Part shown: piece after piece, positions 1-10,747 of the stretch
Layout of the letters: each line of letters begins with the position of its first letter
Numbering within the stretch: the first letter of the stretch is position 1
Assembly (NCBI GenBank): GCA_965263215.1
Contig: OZ253663.1
Location: forward strand, 2,220,656-2,284,655
Reading direction: 5' to 3'
Source: an uncultured Micavibrio sp.
GTDB taxonomy: Bacteria; Pseudomonadota; Alphaproteobacteria; Micavibrionales; Micavibrionaceae
Length of the DNA stretch: 64,000 nucleotides
The notes under the pieces: generated by a model
Database searches by the model: none
The model's input: the letters and a program-made list of their open reading frames with translations, nothing else
What the model was told of the DNA's origin: nothing
Position numbers and translations under genes: made by a program

Positions 1-581
1 TTATGGAAGAAATGATTGGCTTCCGGTAGTACACGGAAATCAATATCAATTCCCTTTTGCAGGTGCAAACGCTCCACAAGCTCACCCACGCATTCTTGCG
101 GAATGATATCATCACGACCACCATGCAACATCAAACCTGAAGTCGGACAAGGCGCAAGGAACGAAAAGTCATCTGTGTGCGCAGGTGGCGCAATAGAGAT
201 AAAGCCTTCAATTTCAGGGCGACGCATCAAAAGCTGCATCCCAATCCACGCACCAAATGAAAAACCGGCAACCCAAACATAAGGTGCATTCGGGTTTATA
301 TCCTGCATCCAATCCAACGCAGAAGCCGCATCGCTCAACTCACCCTCACCTTCATCATAAGCACCTTGAGAGCGCCCAACGCCACGAAAATTAAAGCGTA
401 AAACGGAAAATCCGCGTGCTACGTAAGCTTGATACAACGCGTATGTGATCTTGTTATTCATCGTGCCGCCATGTTGCGGATTTGGATGTAAAACCAGAGC
501 CAACGGTGCATCTTTTGTTTTGGAGTGATGGTAGCGACCTTCTAGACGTCCGGCCGGACCGTTCAGGATTACTTCGGGCAT
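1..581 (-). CDS. alpha/beta-fold hydrolase (C-terminus runs off window start)
   Basis: Missing from the ORF track because it is open to the window edge. Reverse-strand translation from the ATG (comp. 579-581) reads MPEVILNGPAGRLEGRYHHSKTKDAPLALVLHPNPQHGGTMNNK...VWVAGFSFGAWIG (GxSxG nucleophile elbow)...LHGGRDDIIP...ANHFFH. Confidence 0.8.
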   Translation of the reverse strand, partial: MPEVILNGPAGRLEGRYHHSKTKDAPLALVLHPNPQHGGTMNNKITYALYQAYVARGFSVLRFNFRGVGRSQGAYDEGEGELSDAASALDWMQDINPNAPYVWVAGFSFGAWIGMQLLMRRPEIEGFISIAPPAHTDDFSFLAPCPTSGLMLHGGRDDIIPQECVGELVERLHLQKGIDIDFRVLPEANHFFH

Positions 582-750
582 TGAAAACCTCTTATATTAT
601 TCAATAAGTTAACTTATATAATTTAATTATCAGGTTTTGTATTATTGAAAATGTGCCCCGATAATTGCCCTTGTTATATTAGACAATTAAAAATATGTCC
701 ATAAAATTCGTATAACCCCTTGAAAAACAATGTGGATAATACGATAGTGG

Positions 751-1899
751 ATGGTTATGAACAAGCTTATTTACCTCGATTACAACGCAACTGCAGCACT
801 TCGTCCCTCTGCCCGAGTCGCGATGCAAGCCGTTTTGAACTGTGATAATGCGGCCTATAACGCTTCGGCGGTGCATAGCTATGGTCGGGAGGGACGCAAA
901 ATTGTTGAAGATGCCCGCGCACATGTAGCCAAACTGGTTGGCGCGGACACAAACCAGATCATCTTCAATAGCGGCGCGACCGAGGGAAATAACACAGTTT
1001 TAAGGCATTTCGCGGACACCTATCCCAATGAGACAATCCTGATCTCTGCATCAGAACATCCTTCGATATTAGAACACCAAAACACACTGCCGAACGCACA
1101 AATAATTCCTATTAATGATCAAGGGCTTATTGACCTTGGCGCACTTGAAACTTTACTAAAAGACCATAAAGTCTGTTTGGTGTCTTGCATGTTCGTGAAT
1201 AACGAAAGTGGTGTGATACAAGACGTTGCGCAAATATCCGCCCTGACGCACAAATATGGTGCCCTATTCCACTGTGACGCTGTACAAGCGGCGGGGCGCA
1301 TTCCCGTTGATATGAAAGAAAACGGCATTGATTTTCTGACAGTATCCGCGCACAAAATCGCTGGGCCACAAGGCGTTGGCGCGCTGGCACTGGGCTTATG
1401 CGGACAAACCCCGACGTTACTTATAGGCGGCGGGCAAGAAAAGTCCGCGCGCGCAGGCACAGAAAACGTCGCGGGCATTGCGGGGTTTGGCGCTGCCGCA
1501 CAAGAATCTTATGAATATATGAATCATTATCAGGCTCTTGAAGGTTGGCGCGATAAATTAGAAGAGCGCATCACATCAATATCGCCTGATATCATCATTC
1601 ATGCAAAAGACGAAAAGCGCGTTGCCAACACAAGCTTTTTCAGTCTCCCTGATACCAATTCCCAAACATTGCTTATGGCATTGGATTTAGAAGGCATTGC
1701 AATCAGTAACGGCTCTGCATGCTCCAGTGGAACCGTCAAGCCGAGCACAACCCTCCTCGCGATGGGACTGGATGAAAAAGTCGCCGCCAGTGCCTTGCGT
1801 ATTTCGATGGGCTGGGCTACGAAAGAGGACGATATTGATGCATTCTTAGCCGCGTGGGAAAAAATATATACGCGCCTGCAACATAAAAAAGGGAAATAA
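751..1899 (+). CDS. cysteine desulfurase, NifS/IscS-like class V aminotransferase
   Basis: 382 aa. Carries the PLP-lysine motif SAHKIAGPQGVG and the active-site Cys loop SNGSACSSG. The N-terminus IYLDYNATA is typical of the family. Confidence 0.9.
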   Translation: MVMNKLIYLDYNATAALRPSARVAMQAVLNCDNAAYNASAVHSYGREGRKIVEDARAHVAKLVGADTNQIIFNSGATEGNNTVLRHFADTYPNETILISASEHPSILEHQNTLPNAQIIPINDQGLIDLGALETLLKDHKVCLVSCMFVNNESGVIQDVAQISALTHKYGALFHCDAVQAAGRIPVDMKENGIDFLTVSAHKIAGPQGVGALALGLCGQTPTLLIGGGQEKSARAGTENVAGIAGFGAAAQESYEYMNHYQALEGWRDKLEERITSISPDIIIHAKDEKRVANTSFFSLPDTNSQTLLMALDLEGIAISNGSACSSGTVKPSTTLLAMGLDEKVAASALRISMGWATKEDDIDAFLAAWEKIYTRLQHKKGK

Positions 1900-1903
1900 G
1901 GGC

Positions 1904-2242
1904 ATGGCCGAAATTACAGTCATTCAAAAAGACGGCATAGAAAAAGCTATAGAAGCCGAAGACGGCTGGTCTTTAATGGAAATTTTGCGCGATGCCGGTT
2001 TTGCCGAAATTGAAGGTGCATGCGGTGGTTCTATGGCCTGTGCAACCTGTCACATGTACATCCACCCTGACTGGGAAGATAAAGTTACCGCGCAAGACAA
2101 TGAAAAAACCGAAGAAGAGGAAGACATCCTCGATATCGCGTTTGACCTGCATGATCAGTCACGCCTTGGTTGCCAGATCCGCATGAGCGACGATCTGGAT
2201 GGTTTAATTGTCGCTGTTCCCGGCGCGAAGGTAAAATGGTAG
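1904..2242 (+). CDS. 2Fe-2S ferredoxin, adrenodoxin type
   Basis: 112 aa with the cluster motif CGGSMACATCH...C (GCQIRM). It lies 4 nt downstream of the cysteine desulfurase gene. Confidence 0.9.
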   Translation: MAEITVIQKDGIEKAIEAEDGWSLMEILRDAGFAEIEGACGGSMACATCHMYIHPDWEDKVTAQDNEKTEEEEDILDIAFDLHDQSRLGCQIRMSDDLDGLIVAVPGAKVKW

Positions 2243-2248
2243 GCCGCT

Positions 2249-2533
2249 ATGATCAGGCATATTGTAATGTTCAGCGCAAAGAATCCAGACGACGTTGATG
2301 AAATTTATAACGGCTTAAAGATGCTTGAAACCATTGAAGGTGACTGGCTTCTTAATGTTACAAAAAACAAAAAGGTCGATCAGATCCAAAACGAAATCGA
2401 TGTTGTCGTCTATGGTGAATTTTCCGACCAAGCCATGTTAGAACAATATAAGGCGCACCCGACTTATCAGAAATGCATCACCGTTGTGCGCCCCTTACGT
2501 GACAAGCGTATTGCCGTTGATGTCGCGGCCTAA
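2249..2533 (+). CDS. Dabb (stress-responsive A/B barrel) family protein
   Basis: 94 aa. The IRHIVMFSAK start and YKAHPTYQ motif are typical of Dabb domains. Tightly packed after the ferredoxin gene. Confidence 0.7.
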   Translation: MIRHIVMFSAKNPDDVDEIYNGLKMLETIEGDWLLNVTKNKKVDQIQNEIDVVVYGEFSDQAMLEQYKAHPTYQKCITVVRPLRDKRIAVDVAA

Positions 2534-2615
2534 AAGAGCACCCGCAACATATAAATTATTTGACACAAACACTTATAATCATTCATCTTAACTTTAGAAT
2601 TTATAATAATAATTC

Positions 2616-3347
2616 ATGGGTGATATGAAAGATTCTGCGTTTATTACGTCTGACAATTTACCTGATTTGACCGCGGCCTTCGCACAATCTGTCAAATCGG
2701 CAGGAATTAGATCGCCCGAAGATGAGCTTAAAGTTTCTATTATTGGTGAACCCGGCGTCGGGAAATCATATATTGCCACCAAACTAGCCGAAGGAATTTT
2801 AGGATCCCACATGCACACAATGGAGCAATCCGTTGAGCGCGATAACATGCACGATCTTATTTTATGGTCTGTTCACACCAACGAACATCAAGAAATCATT
2901 CAATATGACGAAGCATCACTGCGTTTTGTTGATCAGGATTACCATGATTTTGTCGCCGCAGAGCAAGGCAAAACCCCTGTACCGAAACGTATTTTCCCTG
3001 GCGTTACGTTTGTTGAACACCCAAATGCGGATACTGAAGAAGATTCTGATATTGTTGTTCGGGTCAAATTCTCTGAGATGCAGAGACAAGAATTACATCG
3101 TATTCACAAAGAAATAGAACATGGCGGATACGACCTCGAATCCAAGAAGCAAGAATTGGCCGATATTGCCGCGCAAGGCTGTATGATGGAGATTGAAACC
3201 CAAGGTTTCCGTGTTGATGACACGCCGCTCATTGAATTTTTTGACCGTCAGAATAATACCGATGACGAGGATCTCAGCGTACCCGTTTACATGCTAGACG
3301 ATGATGATGCAGAATTAGGTGATTATGCTGGCATCCACCCTGATTAA
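2616..3347 (+). CDS. hypothetical acidic protein with a P-loop-like motif
   Basis: 243-aa ORF. It has a Walker-A-like GEPGVGKS, a possible Walker-B IIQYDEAS and a very acidic C-terminal tail. No family recognised. Confidence 0.6.
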   Translation: MGDMKDSAFITSDNLPDLTAAFAQSVKSAGIRSPEDELKVSIIGEPGVGKSYIATKLAEGILGSHMHTMEQSVERDNMHDLILWSVHTNEHQEIIQYDEASLRFVDQDYHDFVAAEQGKTPVPKRIFPGVTFVEHPNADTEEDSDIVVRVKFSEMQRQELHRIHKEIEHGGYDLESKKQELADIAAQGCMMEIETQGFRVDDTPLIEFFDRQNNTDDEDLSVPVYMLDDDDAELGDYAGIHPD

Positions 3348-3366
3348 TCTTCAATGAATCCTTGAT

Positions 3367-4209
3367 CTATTCGGGCTCGAACACAGGATCTAAATTCACA
3401 CGCAGCCTAAGTGCGACAACTGCGGGTGTTACATTTTCAATAGCGGGTATGCCACCAAACTGCGCATTTATAATTTGATCTTCACGCCCCAAACGAATGT
3501 AAGGAAAAGCAGACGGCACAACATCTTCTGCGTATCCTGTCACCGCGCCTACATCCAATCCGGCACCTAAAAACTTTTCACGATTTGTTTCTGCGCCCGC
3601 GCCCAGATAAACAGAAATACCGTGGATGCTATTTTTGTAAATTCCTGCTGCCGCATGGAAATTATTATTCAAACGGTATTCCGCGCCAATACCCGGGTTA
3701 AATTCATTATAAGGTTCGTCCGTAACGGTTGGAATTTTTACTTCCAGATCACCCAACTGTGGGAATTGATCGGCCAAATCTCCGAACACATCACCAAAGT
3801 CCAAAGTTTCGACACTTTCCACCTGATAGGTGCGCGCACCAATATGCCTTGAGCCTGAGGTTAAAACCACGTTCCAACGCTCCCACCCTTCCAATTTATC
3901 ATCATCTTGATTTTGCGATTGCGGCTTCACAATATCATCCCATGAAATCGGCGTGGCTTGGGGGTCATCCATCATCGAAGGCTGGCTTAATATCGTTATA
4001 GCCTTCGGGTTTTCAGTATCCAACGTATCTTTTGAATGTGTCTCAGGCGCTTCTTGTGCCATTGCACCAAAGGACATCAAACCGGCAAAGCTGGTCAGTA
4101 AAAACTGACGATTCATGTGCGCCCGCGCTGTGCTTAAGGCACTGCCCAACGCGCTACCGCCACTTGCGGAAGAATCTATTTCGGATTGAATGTCGTGATC
4201 ACTACTCAT
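3367..4209 (-). CDS. hypothetical secreted / outer-membrane-like protein
   Basis: 280 aa. A hydrophobic signal-like segment (FLLTSFAGLMSFGAMAQE) is followed by a Gly/aromatic-rich C-terminal half with an alternating pattern suggestive of a small beta-barrel. Confidence 0.6.
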   Translation of the reverse strand: MSSDHDIQSEIDSSASGGSALGSALSTARAHMNRQFLLTSFAGLMSFGAMAQEAPETHSKDTLDTENPKAITILSQPSMMDDPQATPISWDDIVKPQSQNQDDDKLEGWERWNVVLTSGSRHIGARTYQVESVETLDFGDVFGDLADQFPQLGDLEVKIPTVTDEPYNEFNPGIGAEYRLNNNFHAAAGIYKNSIHGISVYLGAGAETNREKFLGAGLDVGAVTGYAEDVVPSAFPYIRLGREDQIINAQFGGIPAIENVTPAVVALRLRVNLDPVFEPE

Positions 4210-4226
4210 GGTTATGATTATAACTC

Positions 4227-5147
4227 TTACATATCATGATCTGCAAAATCTTGTTCGGAAACATCAACCGGACGGCCATTTTGCGTAACATGAATTACAG
4301 GAATGCTCTTAATTGTTTCAATGCCTTCATCAACATAATTATCAAGCTGCGCCAATAATCCATCGTAATATCCAGTGGTATTATCAATCACCATCGGGAT
4401 ATTTTTATCCTCTACCAATGCTTGCGACGCCTGTGCCAATGCCACAATACCGGCATCATCTGCGAGTTTATTTTCGTGAGCACGCCTTGAAAAACCGGGT
4501 GCCTCATCCGCACGATCACGGCGCACAAAGCGGTCTTCGGCCTTGTCCTTACTCCATCGTTGGGCATAATCATATTCGGGTGTGCCAATCGCATTATACA
4601 AATCAATAATCGGTACAACTTCTTCAACACTGTCAACGACATGGACATGCTCTACACGGTTGCCGGGGAAGTTATGCATTAACCGACTTTCTTTAAGCGT
4701 ATCAAGCTGCTCTTTCAGGCCATTATAAAAACCAGACTCATTAACGACAATCAACGGCGTGCCACGGCGCGCAAGGTGCATTGCCTGATCAAGTTCTTCC
4801 AAACCGCCTTGCATCAAAACAGCCACGTCCGCACGCGTATCTAAAGATTTCTTAACGCCCTTGCGTCCTTCAACAATGACACGTTCAATCAAATCATCAT
4901 TCGTATTTGGGGGATGTGGGACAAACGGCGATGACCCGGGGTCAGAATAAACATTCACAACCTTGCCTTCATTATGCAACGCGCCAATCATAACGTCACC
5001 TTTGATACTATCCAGATCACCGGGCAAGATCACAGTCATGCCCTGCCCTGCAAGAATATCGCCCAAAGCGCGACCATCATCACAAAACGAGTCACTCTTT
5101 GACGTCGAGCTCGCCATCACAGCTATTTTTTGAACATTACCACTCAC
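4227..5147 (-). CDS. LOG/TIGR00730-like Rossmann-fold protein with a degenerate catalytic motif
   Basis: 306 aa. The pattern IAVMASS...LGDILAGQGMTVILPGD...ADVAVLMQGGLEELDQ...PLIVVNESGFYNGL resembles LOG family proteins. The canonical PGGxGTxxE motif is replaced by QGGLEELDQ. Confidence 0.5.
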   Translation of the reverse strand: MSGNVQKIAVMASSTSKSDSFCDDGRALGDILAGQGMTVILPGDLDSIKGDVMIGALHNEGKVVNVYSDPGSSPFVPHPPNTNDDLIERVIVEGRKGVKKSLDTRADVAVLMQGGLEELDQAMHLARRGTPLIVVNESGFYNGLKEQLDTLKESRLMHNFPGNRVEHVHVVDSVEEVVPIIDLYNAIGTPEYDYAQRWSKDKAEDRFVRRDRADEAPGFSRRAHENKLADDAGIVALAQASQALVEDKNIPMVIDNTTGYYDGLLAQLDNYVDEGIETIKSIPVIHVTQNGRPVDVSEQDFADHDM

Positions 5148-5240
5148 AACAATCCCCTTAATAATATTTTTTATTCTTATACATAAGTCATAGCGCGTTT
5201 TGACAGAATGTTCAAATTTTTGTTGATTTCAATAATAATA

Positions 5241-6608
5241 TTATAGGCGGGAACACCAAAATTGATACATCCCCTTGAACGCATTGGGATTTTCCTGCTC
5301 ATAACCATGCCATCCATCAAGCGTATCAAAGCGTTTTGGATGATGGTCAAATGCTTCAAATTTTAGCCCTAATTCATTCAGCGCGCTCTGAATTTTCGGA
5401 ATGGTAAAACGGTGTTCCTGCGCATGAAAAATAAGATCGCGGCAATCGGACAGGCTGTAAAAATCACGGCGCGTTGTGACGGCCTTGGCCGCATGATCAT
5501 GGGGTAAAGCGTTGATATATTCCCGCGCCGCTTTGATGCCCGCATGATCGGGTTTAAATCCTTGCTCCTTAATCACTTCGCGCGCGGCGACAACATCACG
5601 GCGGCCAATTTCACTATACAGACCGATATGCATCCGCCCATCGGGCTTTAATTTTTGCAACAAGCACCGCCATCCTGCGACAGGGTCATCCATGTGGTGC
5701 AACACGCCCGAGCTTTCGATGACGTCAAACGCCTGATCAAGTGCATCAAGATTAAGGATATCCGCCTGATAGAAAGAAATATTCTTCAGCCCCAACGCCC
5801 ACGCTTTGTTCTTGGCATAGCTCAAACTCGCGCGGCTCAGATCAATGGCGGTTATCTTGGCATTCGGATACAGCATCGCCGTACCACACAGACCAAACCC
5901 CGTACCGCACCCCGCAATCAAATGATTATGTGTTTTGCCGAGATTGGATTTCGGCGCGGATTGCACGTGAATGCTGCTCCAACGCGGATATGGATTTTCC
6001 TCGTAATGGCTGCGCACTTTTTGGGAAACATCATCATCCACGCCCCCAAACGATACGATACTCTCATCAATCTCAGGGGGGTTGATATCCTTCAGGGTAT
6101 CACTGAACACATGCTCTACCCGTGCGCAATAGGCATCAAAGGCGGCGTTGAATGCCGCGTTGCTGCTCTCCTCCCGAAGGCGCAGAAGAAGGTTTTCAAA
6201 GCCCGTATCATAAACGGTTATTTTCTTAAGGCCTTCCAACAAAAACGGATCATTCAGACTTTCCCGAAGCCACCCTTGAAATGTCGGATCACATTGAATA
6301 AGGGAATGCCATGCCTGCGATAAATCTTGATAATCTACCCCCTCCTCTGTCAGGCATATCATCACGAGCTCTTTCAACTTGGGATTGAAGCTCTCAAATC
6401 TTATGTTTTTCAAAACATGCGCCAAACGCACTTTATGATCGTGATTGTCGGGGTCTGCGGTGACGGCCTTCGCAAAAAATTCCAACGCGCGCTGTATGTC
6501 ACCTTGTTTATAGGCCATTGCCCCCAACGCAGCATAATCATTGTTGGAAAGCTTACCCGTGACGGTTTTTTTGTTTTTTTCGCGCGCACGTCTTTGTTTG
6601 CGGTTCAT
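5241..6608 (-). CDS. TPR-repeat / class I SAM-dependent methyltransferase
   Basis: 455 aa. An N-terminal TPR-like segment (AYKQGDIQRALEFFAKAV) is followed by SAM-binding motif I LIAGCGTGFG and then AIDLS...VIESSGVLHH. Confidence 0.8.
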   Translation of the reverse strand: MNRKQRRAREKNKKTVTGKLSNNDYAALGAMAYKQGDIQRALEFFAKAVTADPDNHDHKVRLAHVLKNIRFESFNPKLKELVMICLTEEGVDYQDLSQAWHSLIQCDPTFQGWLRESLNDPFLLEGLKKITVYDTGFENLLLRLREESSNAAFNAAFDAYCARVEHVFSDTLKDINPPEIDESIVSFGGVDDDVSQKVRSHYEENPYPRWSSIHVQSAPKSNLGKTHNHLIAGCGTGFGLCGTAMLYPNAKITAIDLSRASLSYAKNKAWALGLKNISFYQADILNLDALDQAFDVIESSGVLHHMDDPVAGWRCLLQKLKPDGRMHIGLYSEIGRRDVVAAREVIKEQGFKPDHAGIKAAREYINALPHDHAAKAVTTRRDFYSLSDCRDLIFHAQEHRFTIPKIQSALNELGLKFEAFDHHPKRFDTLDGWHGYEQENPNAFKGMYQFWCSRL

Positions 6609-6745
6609 AACTGTCTTTCACCTGTGTTGCCAGCACACAACACATAGCATAAATGAGACCTAATCCAATCCCCATGTTTGCCTTATACGCTCATGCGGGA
6701 TTTTGGTTTTACAAATCTAGATTAAGAAAGATTACTTTTTGAACG

Positions 6746-7780
6746 TTACTTTTTATCTATAAAGCTCCTGATCAGACTCTGAGACTTTTGATAAATATCG
6801 CTCCAATCCTTTAAATTTTTTGCATTGAAGGAAACCTGAAATAACGCAATATTAGGCACTTCCATAAACATTGCACATACATCGCCTTCACAGCCGATGA
6901 AAACCTTTTTCATATTCTGTTCAATCGGCACACCTATCATCGCGTCCGCTGTAATCATTCCTTTACCTTTTGGATTTGGGACACTCAGTTCTCCAGAAGT
7001 AATATCCAAACCAAATTCTTGTGTTTTTGTGACGGGTGCACGTGAATTCTTTATAACTTTACCAAGTACAGTTTCAATTAATTCATTATTGAAAACTACT
7101 TGCTGATTCTTCATCTGCAGTACAACAGCCTTATTATTTACTCTAGGATTAAAACTAGCACCTCCAACGTAATACACCACTTGGCCAGACTGTAACTGTG
7201 ATGTCTTTTTGCCGGAAATTGGCGGCGGTTTCATATCAGGTAACATTGCCACAAGATTAATTTGGGACATTTCTGTTCCAAAAAACGAAACCCCCAGATC
7301 TTTATTCATATTTTTCTTCAAATAAGGCTGTGGAATCGCAAGCTTAATCACTTGGCTCCCCCCTTCCTCTTTGATCTCAACAGAAACGGTTGCATTTTCT
7401 AAATGGTTAAGCGCCCAATTGTGTATCTGTTTTTTAAATAATGTTGGTGACAGAAGCAAGATCGCGACAACACAAATAGCAACCCATGATCCTGTACTAG
7501 ACGCAGGTTGCGACGCAACCTCTCCTTCCCCAAGCTCGTGAACTAGTTGATGTGCTTTACGGATATTACTTTTACCTACAAAAGCATAGGCAATAGCAAA
7601 AGCAACAAAATATGTTATCCATGCACCATAAAAAAGCCAAAAAACCCCTTTTCCAGTCAAAAATTTTGCGATGCCTATACCAGTTGTCAGTGCCAACGCG
7701 AAATGAAACGACGACTTTACCCGTCCTTTAGAAATAGACTTATTTAAAGCCTCAAGTTGTTTTTCTTTTTTAATCATCAC
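6746..7780 (-). CDS. hypothetical membrane protein
   Basis: 344-aa ORF with two or three N-terminal hydrophobic helices and no recognised domain. The annotated start overlaps the icd stop by 11 nt, so the true start may be slightly downstream. Confidence 0.55.
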   Translation of the reverse strand: MMIKKEKQLEALNKSISKGRVKSSFHFALALTTGIGIAKFLTGKGVFWLFYGAWITYFVAFAIAYAFVGKSNIRKAHQLVHELGEGEVASQPASSTGSWVAICVVAILLLSPTLFKKQIHNWALNHLENATVSVEIKEEGGSQVIKLAIPQPYLKKNMNKDLGVSFFGTEMSQINLVAMLPDMKPPPISGKKTSQLQSGQVVYYVGGASFNPRVNNKAVVLQMKNQQVVFNNELIETVLGKVIKNSRAPVTKTQEFGLDITSGELSVPNPKGKGMITADAMIGVPIEQNMKKVFIGCEGDVCAMFMEVPNIALFQVSFNAKNLKDWSDIYQKSQSLIRSFIDKK

Positions 7781-8993
7781 TACCCATCGCTTTATCCAGA
7801 TTTTCGCGGAGTTTATCGAGGAATTCTTGCGTCGTCAGGAATTTCTGATCCGCACCAACAAGCAGCGCGAGGTCTTTCGTCATAAAGCCTTGCTCCACCG
7901 TTTGCACACAGACACGCTCCAGCGTTTCACAGAACTCCACGAGCGCGTCGTTGTTATCAAACTTACCGCGATATTTCAGGCCGCTTGTCCATGCAAAAAT
8001 ACTGGCAATCGGGTTGGTGGAGGTCGGTTTACCTTCCTGATGCAAACGATAATGGCGCGTGACCGTGCCGTGCGCGGCCTCCGCCTCAACGGTTTTCCCG
8101 TCAGGGGTCAGCAAGACAGAGGTCATCAGGCCGAGCGAGCCGAACCCCTGCGCCACGATGTCTGACTGCACATCACCGTCATAATTCTTACACGCCCAGA
8201 CAAACCCGCCCTTTGACTTGATCGCCTGTGCCACCATGTCATCAATCAGGCGGTGCTCATACCATAGCTCACGCTTATCGAATTCGGCCTTAAATTCCTC
8301 ATCAAAGACGCGCTGGAAAATCTCTATAAACCGTCCGTCATATTGTTTCAGGATGGTGTTTTTAGTCGACATATAAACGGGGTAATTCTGCAGCAGGCCA
8401 TAATTAAAACTGGAACGGGCGAAGCCCTCAATGCTCTCATCCAGATTATACATGCCCATCGCCACGCCGGATGATGGAAAGTCAAAAATCTCCCACTCCT
8501 GCGCTTCACCGCCATCTTTGGGTGTGAACACCATTTTCAGCGTGCCTTGCTCCTTAATCTTCATATCGGTGGCTTTGTATTGATCACCAAAGGCATGGCG
8601 ACCAACAATGATGGGGTTTTCCCACCCTGGCACGTAGCGCGGGACATTCCCGCAGATAATCGGCGCGCGGAAAATCGTGCCACCAAGGATATTACGGATC
8701 GTGCCGTTCGGGGATCTCCACATTTTCTTCAGGCCAAACTCCTCCACCCGTGCCTCATCGGGGGTGATGGTCGCGCATTTAATGCCGACGCCATGTTTTT
8801 GAATGGCATGGGCGGCGTCAATCGTCACCTGATCATCTGTTGCATCACGGTTTTGAATGGAGAGATCATAATATTCCAGATCAACATCCAGATACGGTAA
8901 AATCAGGCTCTCCTTAATGAATGCCCAGATGATGCGGGTCATTTCATCCCCGTCAATTTCTACGACCGGTGTATCGACTTTGATTTTTGCCAT
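7770..8993 (-). CDS. icd: NADP-dependent isocitrate dehydrogenase (homodimeric, eukaryote-like ~405-aa type)
   Basis: 407 aa. The sequence [23 protein letters not shown]...GTVTRHYR...[10 protein letters not shown] is a strongly recognisable IDH1/2-type sequence. Confidence 0.95.
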   Translation of the reverse strand: MAKIKVDTPVVEIDGDEMTRIIWAFIKESLILPYLDVDLEYYDLSIQNRDATDDQVTIDAAHAIQKHGVGIKCATITPDEARVEEFGLKKMWRSPNGTIRNILGGTIFRAPIICGNVPRYVPGWENPIIVGRHAFGDQYKATDMKIKEQGTLKMVFTPKDGGEAQEWEIFDFPSSGVAMGMYNLDESIEGFARSSFNYGLLQNYPVYMSTKNTILKQYDGRFIEIFQRVFDEEFKAEFDKRELWYEHRLIDDMVAQAIKSKGGFVWACKNYDGDVQSDIVAQGFGSLGLMTSVLLTPDGKTVEAEAAHGTVTRHYRLHQEGKPTSTNPIASIFAWTSGLKYRGKFDNNDALVEFCETLERVCVQTVEQGFMTKDLALLVGADQKFLTTQEFLDKLRENLDKAMGSDD

Positions 8994-9075
8994 GATGTGC
9001 GAATCCTCTTTGATGTGATTGGTGTAAGCAATCTATCATAGGGGCACAGAAGGAAAAATAGGTTTTATGGGAGAA

Positions 9076-10101
9076 TTAGCGCAAAACGTGACTGTATAAT
9101 TCCATCACGTTTTTCTTGAACACCTCGCGGGTGAAGCCTTCTTGATAGGCTTTCATGCCGTTCTCGATGACGTGTTTTTGGAGATCATCCTCTTTAATCA
9201 TACGGTTTAGTGCCTCAGTCAGCGCGGGCACGTCGTCAATCTCAACGATCAGGCCGTTTTCCTCATTCTTCACATAGGCTTTTGGCCCCGCTGCCTTGGC
9301 GGTGACGAGCGGTTTGCCTGTGCCCCATGCCTCAATGACGACTGCGCCGAACGGCTCATAGCGGGATGGAAACGCCACAATATCACAAGTGGCAAGCAAG
9401 TTTTCCCGATCATTCCGCCAACCGAGGAAACGCACGCGATCTTCCAGTTTCAAATCTTTCATTTGTTGCTTGAGCTGTTGCTCTATCGGCCCTGCGCCCG
9501 CAATCCAAAGATAGGCTTCCGGCACGTTCACAAGAGATTCCAGTAGTACATCCAACCCCTTTTTCTCATGCAGCCGCGCGAGCGCAAGCAGGAGCGGCGC
9601 ATCATCGGGTGTATCAAACTCCGCGCGGTCAATCGGCGTGCCCTGATCAAATTCCGCATAGATATGGAGCAAAAACGCCTTATCCGCAGGCACGCCATTT
9701 GCGACGATGTGATCGACAATGTCCTGCGTCACAGCCGCGTGATATTCGCAATGCACGAAACGCGAAGGCTTGTAATACCCGCCGTACCAGCCAATATTCA
9801 CATGGTCACCGGCTTGGGAGAACATACCCGCACGCCCCATCCAATGATGGACGATGTCGGGTTGAAACTCCTTAATATGCTTTTTGATTTTCGCGGCGGT
9901 CGGGAATTTAAATGTTTTATTAAATGATGCGGTTTCAAGCGGGATACCGCGCCCCTTAATAACGCCTAGTTTATGATCGTTATTGGCGCGGGTAATCACG
10001 CGTTGCTGCACATCCGTTTCATCCAAAGCCTCGACCGCGTCAACGAAGAACGTCTCTGCCCCGCCTACGCTATCCCCTGCCATCGCGTGTAGAATTTTCA
10101 T
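9076..10101 (-). CDS. glycosyltransferase family 4 (GT-B)
   Basis: MKILHAMAGDSVGGAETFF is a typical GT4 N-terminus. The C-terminal E-x7-E region reads FPSRYEPFGAVVIEAW. I chose the internal ATG (comp. 10099-10101) over the GTG at 10122. Confidence 0.85.
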   Translation of the reverse strand: MKILHAMAGDSVGGAETFFVDAVEALDETDVQQRVITRANNDHKLGVIKGRGIPLETASFNKTFKFPTAAKIKKHIKEFQPDIVHHWMGRAGMFSQAGDHVNIGWYGGYYKPSRFVHCEYHAAVTQDIVDHIVANGVPADKAFLLHIYAEFDQGTPIDRAEFDTPDDAPLLLALARLHEKKGLDVLLESLVNVPEAYLWIAGAGPIEQQLKQQMKDLKLEDRVRFLGWRNDRENLLATCDIVAFPSRYEPFGAVVIEAWGTGKPLVTAKAAGPKAYVKNEENGLIVEIDDVPALTEALNRMIKEDDLQKHVIENGMKAYQEGFTREVFKKNVMELYSHVLR

Positions 10102-10146
10102 ATATTGCCTATAAATTTTCACTGGATTCTTACAGAAACTAATGAG

Positions 10147-10578
10147 TTATTTCTTATATCCATGGATAATAATATGTTCGTCAGTCAATTCAATTGGTAA
10201 CTTCCCCAATTTATTTAGCGCCTTAAGTAACTCGTTACTAGCTTCCTCTGAAATACTCACAGCGCCAGTTTTAGGATTTCTATAATTTTCTTTTCTCTTA
10301 ATACGGATAGCAAAAATATCCCTGTAATCACAAGGGCCTCCACCGAAACCTCCATCTTGTATAAAGTCATCTTCTAATAAATTAATTGGAGGTACGCCTG
10401 TTTGCCGAAACTCTTCTTCATCTCTAACAAATGCTACCTCGATAGGGAAACCTGCTTTTTGTTGATATAAAACTATCAAAATCTCACGCCATTTTGTGTT
10501 GTTCATCAAAGATACACTGTATCTCGATATAGCTCTTTGAGTTCTTTCATTGACTTTGCTCGCCCAATCATTTTCCAT
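10147..10578 (-). CDS. hypothetical protein (AT-rich singleton)
   Basis: 143-aa ORF that is visibly more AT-rich than both neighbouring genes. No domain recognised. Confidence 0.55.
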   Translation of the reverse strand: MENDWASKVNERTQRAISRYSVSLMNNTKWREILIVLYQQKAGFPIEVAFVRDEEEFRQTGVPPINLLEDDFIQDGGFGGGPCDYRDIFAIRIKRKENYRNPKTGAVSISEEASNELLKALNKLGKLPIELTDEHIIIHGYKK

Positions 10579-10747
10579 ATTTTACTCTTATCACATTATT
10601 CAATTAGCATTTTAAGCCTAAGCAATCTCGCAAGATAAGCCAAGCAATTTGGCATGCGCCGCGAGGCGCATTACAAAAACTTGTTTTTACCCGCTAAAAT
10701 CCGTATATTCCGCCGCACGAGCCGTTAGTTCGTACAAAGGAAAAGAA

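Noticed and set aside
16-282. 88-aa plus-strand ORF at the window start
   Set aside because: It is antisense to a much better reverse-strand alpha/beta hydrolase reading frame (1-581) that has a clear GxSxG motif. Its sequence is low-complexity and Arg/Ser/Cys-rich.
5655-6323. 222-aa plus-strand ORF
   Set aside because: It lies entirely antisense to the TPR/SAM-methyltransferase gene. It has an Arg/Ile-rich shadow-frame composition and no motif.
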